DNA of 53,815 bases, the filler included, from Bipalium vagum (Eukaryota): NCBI GenBank assembly GCA_037834085.1. It is 3 parts of 3 records of this genome, joined end to end, with 100 filler letters (N's around TTAATTAATTAA, not from the genome) between each part and the next. Parts side by side here need not be neighbours in the genome. Positions count along the whole stretch, not along the records: positions 35,264 to 53,815 come from JBBMKC010025709.1; 2 more parts are not named here. The stretch is one strand, 5' to 3'. A program made the position numbers and the translations under genes. Shown here one piece after another: positions 53,745 to 53,815 of the stretch (positions within the stretch are counted from its first letter, which is position 1; every line of letters begins with the position of its first letter). The notes below the pieces were generated by a model. It searched no databases. It was not told the origin of the DNA and saw only the letters and a program-made list of their open reading frames with translations.

Positions 53745-53815
<71 letters not shown>
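53745..53815. repeat. (TTA)n microsatellite
   Basis: Direct reading. Confidence 0.95.

Overview
Very AT-rich animal genomic DNA with short (~45-50 nt) introns and (AAT)n tracts. A flatworm-type p53 suggests a planarian, but this is inference. Two artificial 100-bp spacers (N44-TTAATTAATTAA-N44) split the window into three segments whose adjacency is unproven. Segment 1 (1-18464) is a duplication cluster on the minus strand. It holds three CRAL-TRIO (alpha-tocopherol-transfer/clavesin-like) copies, one apparently intact and two broken, plus two C-type lectin copies. The middle CRAL-TRIO copy is interrupted by a decayed Ty3/Gypsy-type element. In that element a chuvirus-like (class III/gB-type) envelope glycoprotein lies upstream of, and in the same reading frame as, the protease, followed by RT-RNaseH-integrase. 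This env-pol arrangement is the most unusual thing in the window. Segment 2 (18565-35163) has the last three exons of a lysyl oxidase (+), a convergent multi-exon p53-family gene (-), and a Polinton/adintovirus remnant (PLA2-like, integrase, packaging ATPase). Segment 3 (35264-53815) is mostly AT-rich DNA with Tc1/mariner and Merlin remnants, two MITEs and the terminal exon of a single-pass membrane protein. All family calls come from manual motif reading; no searches were run.
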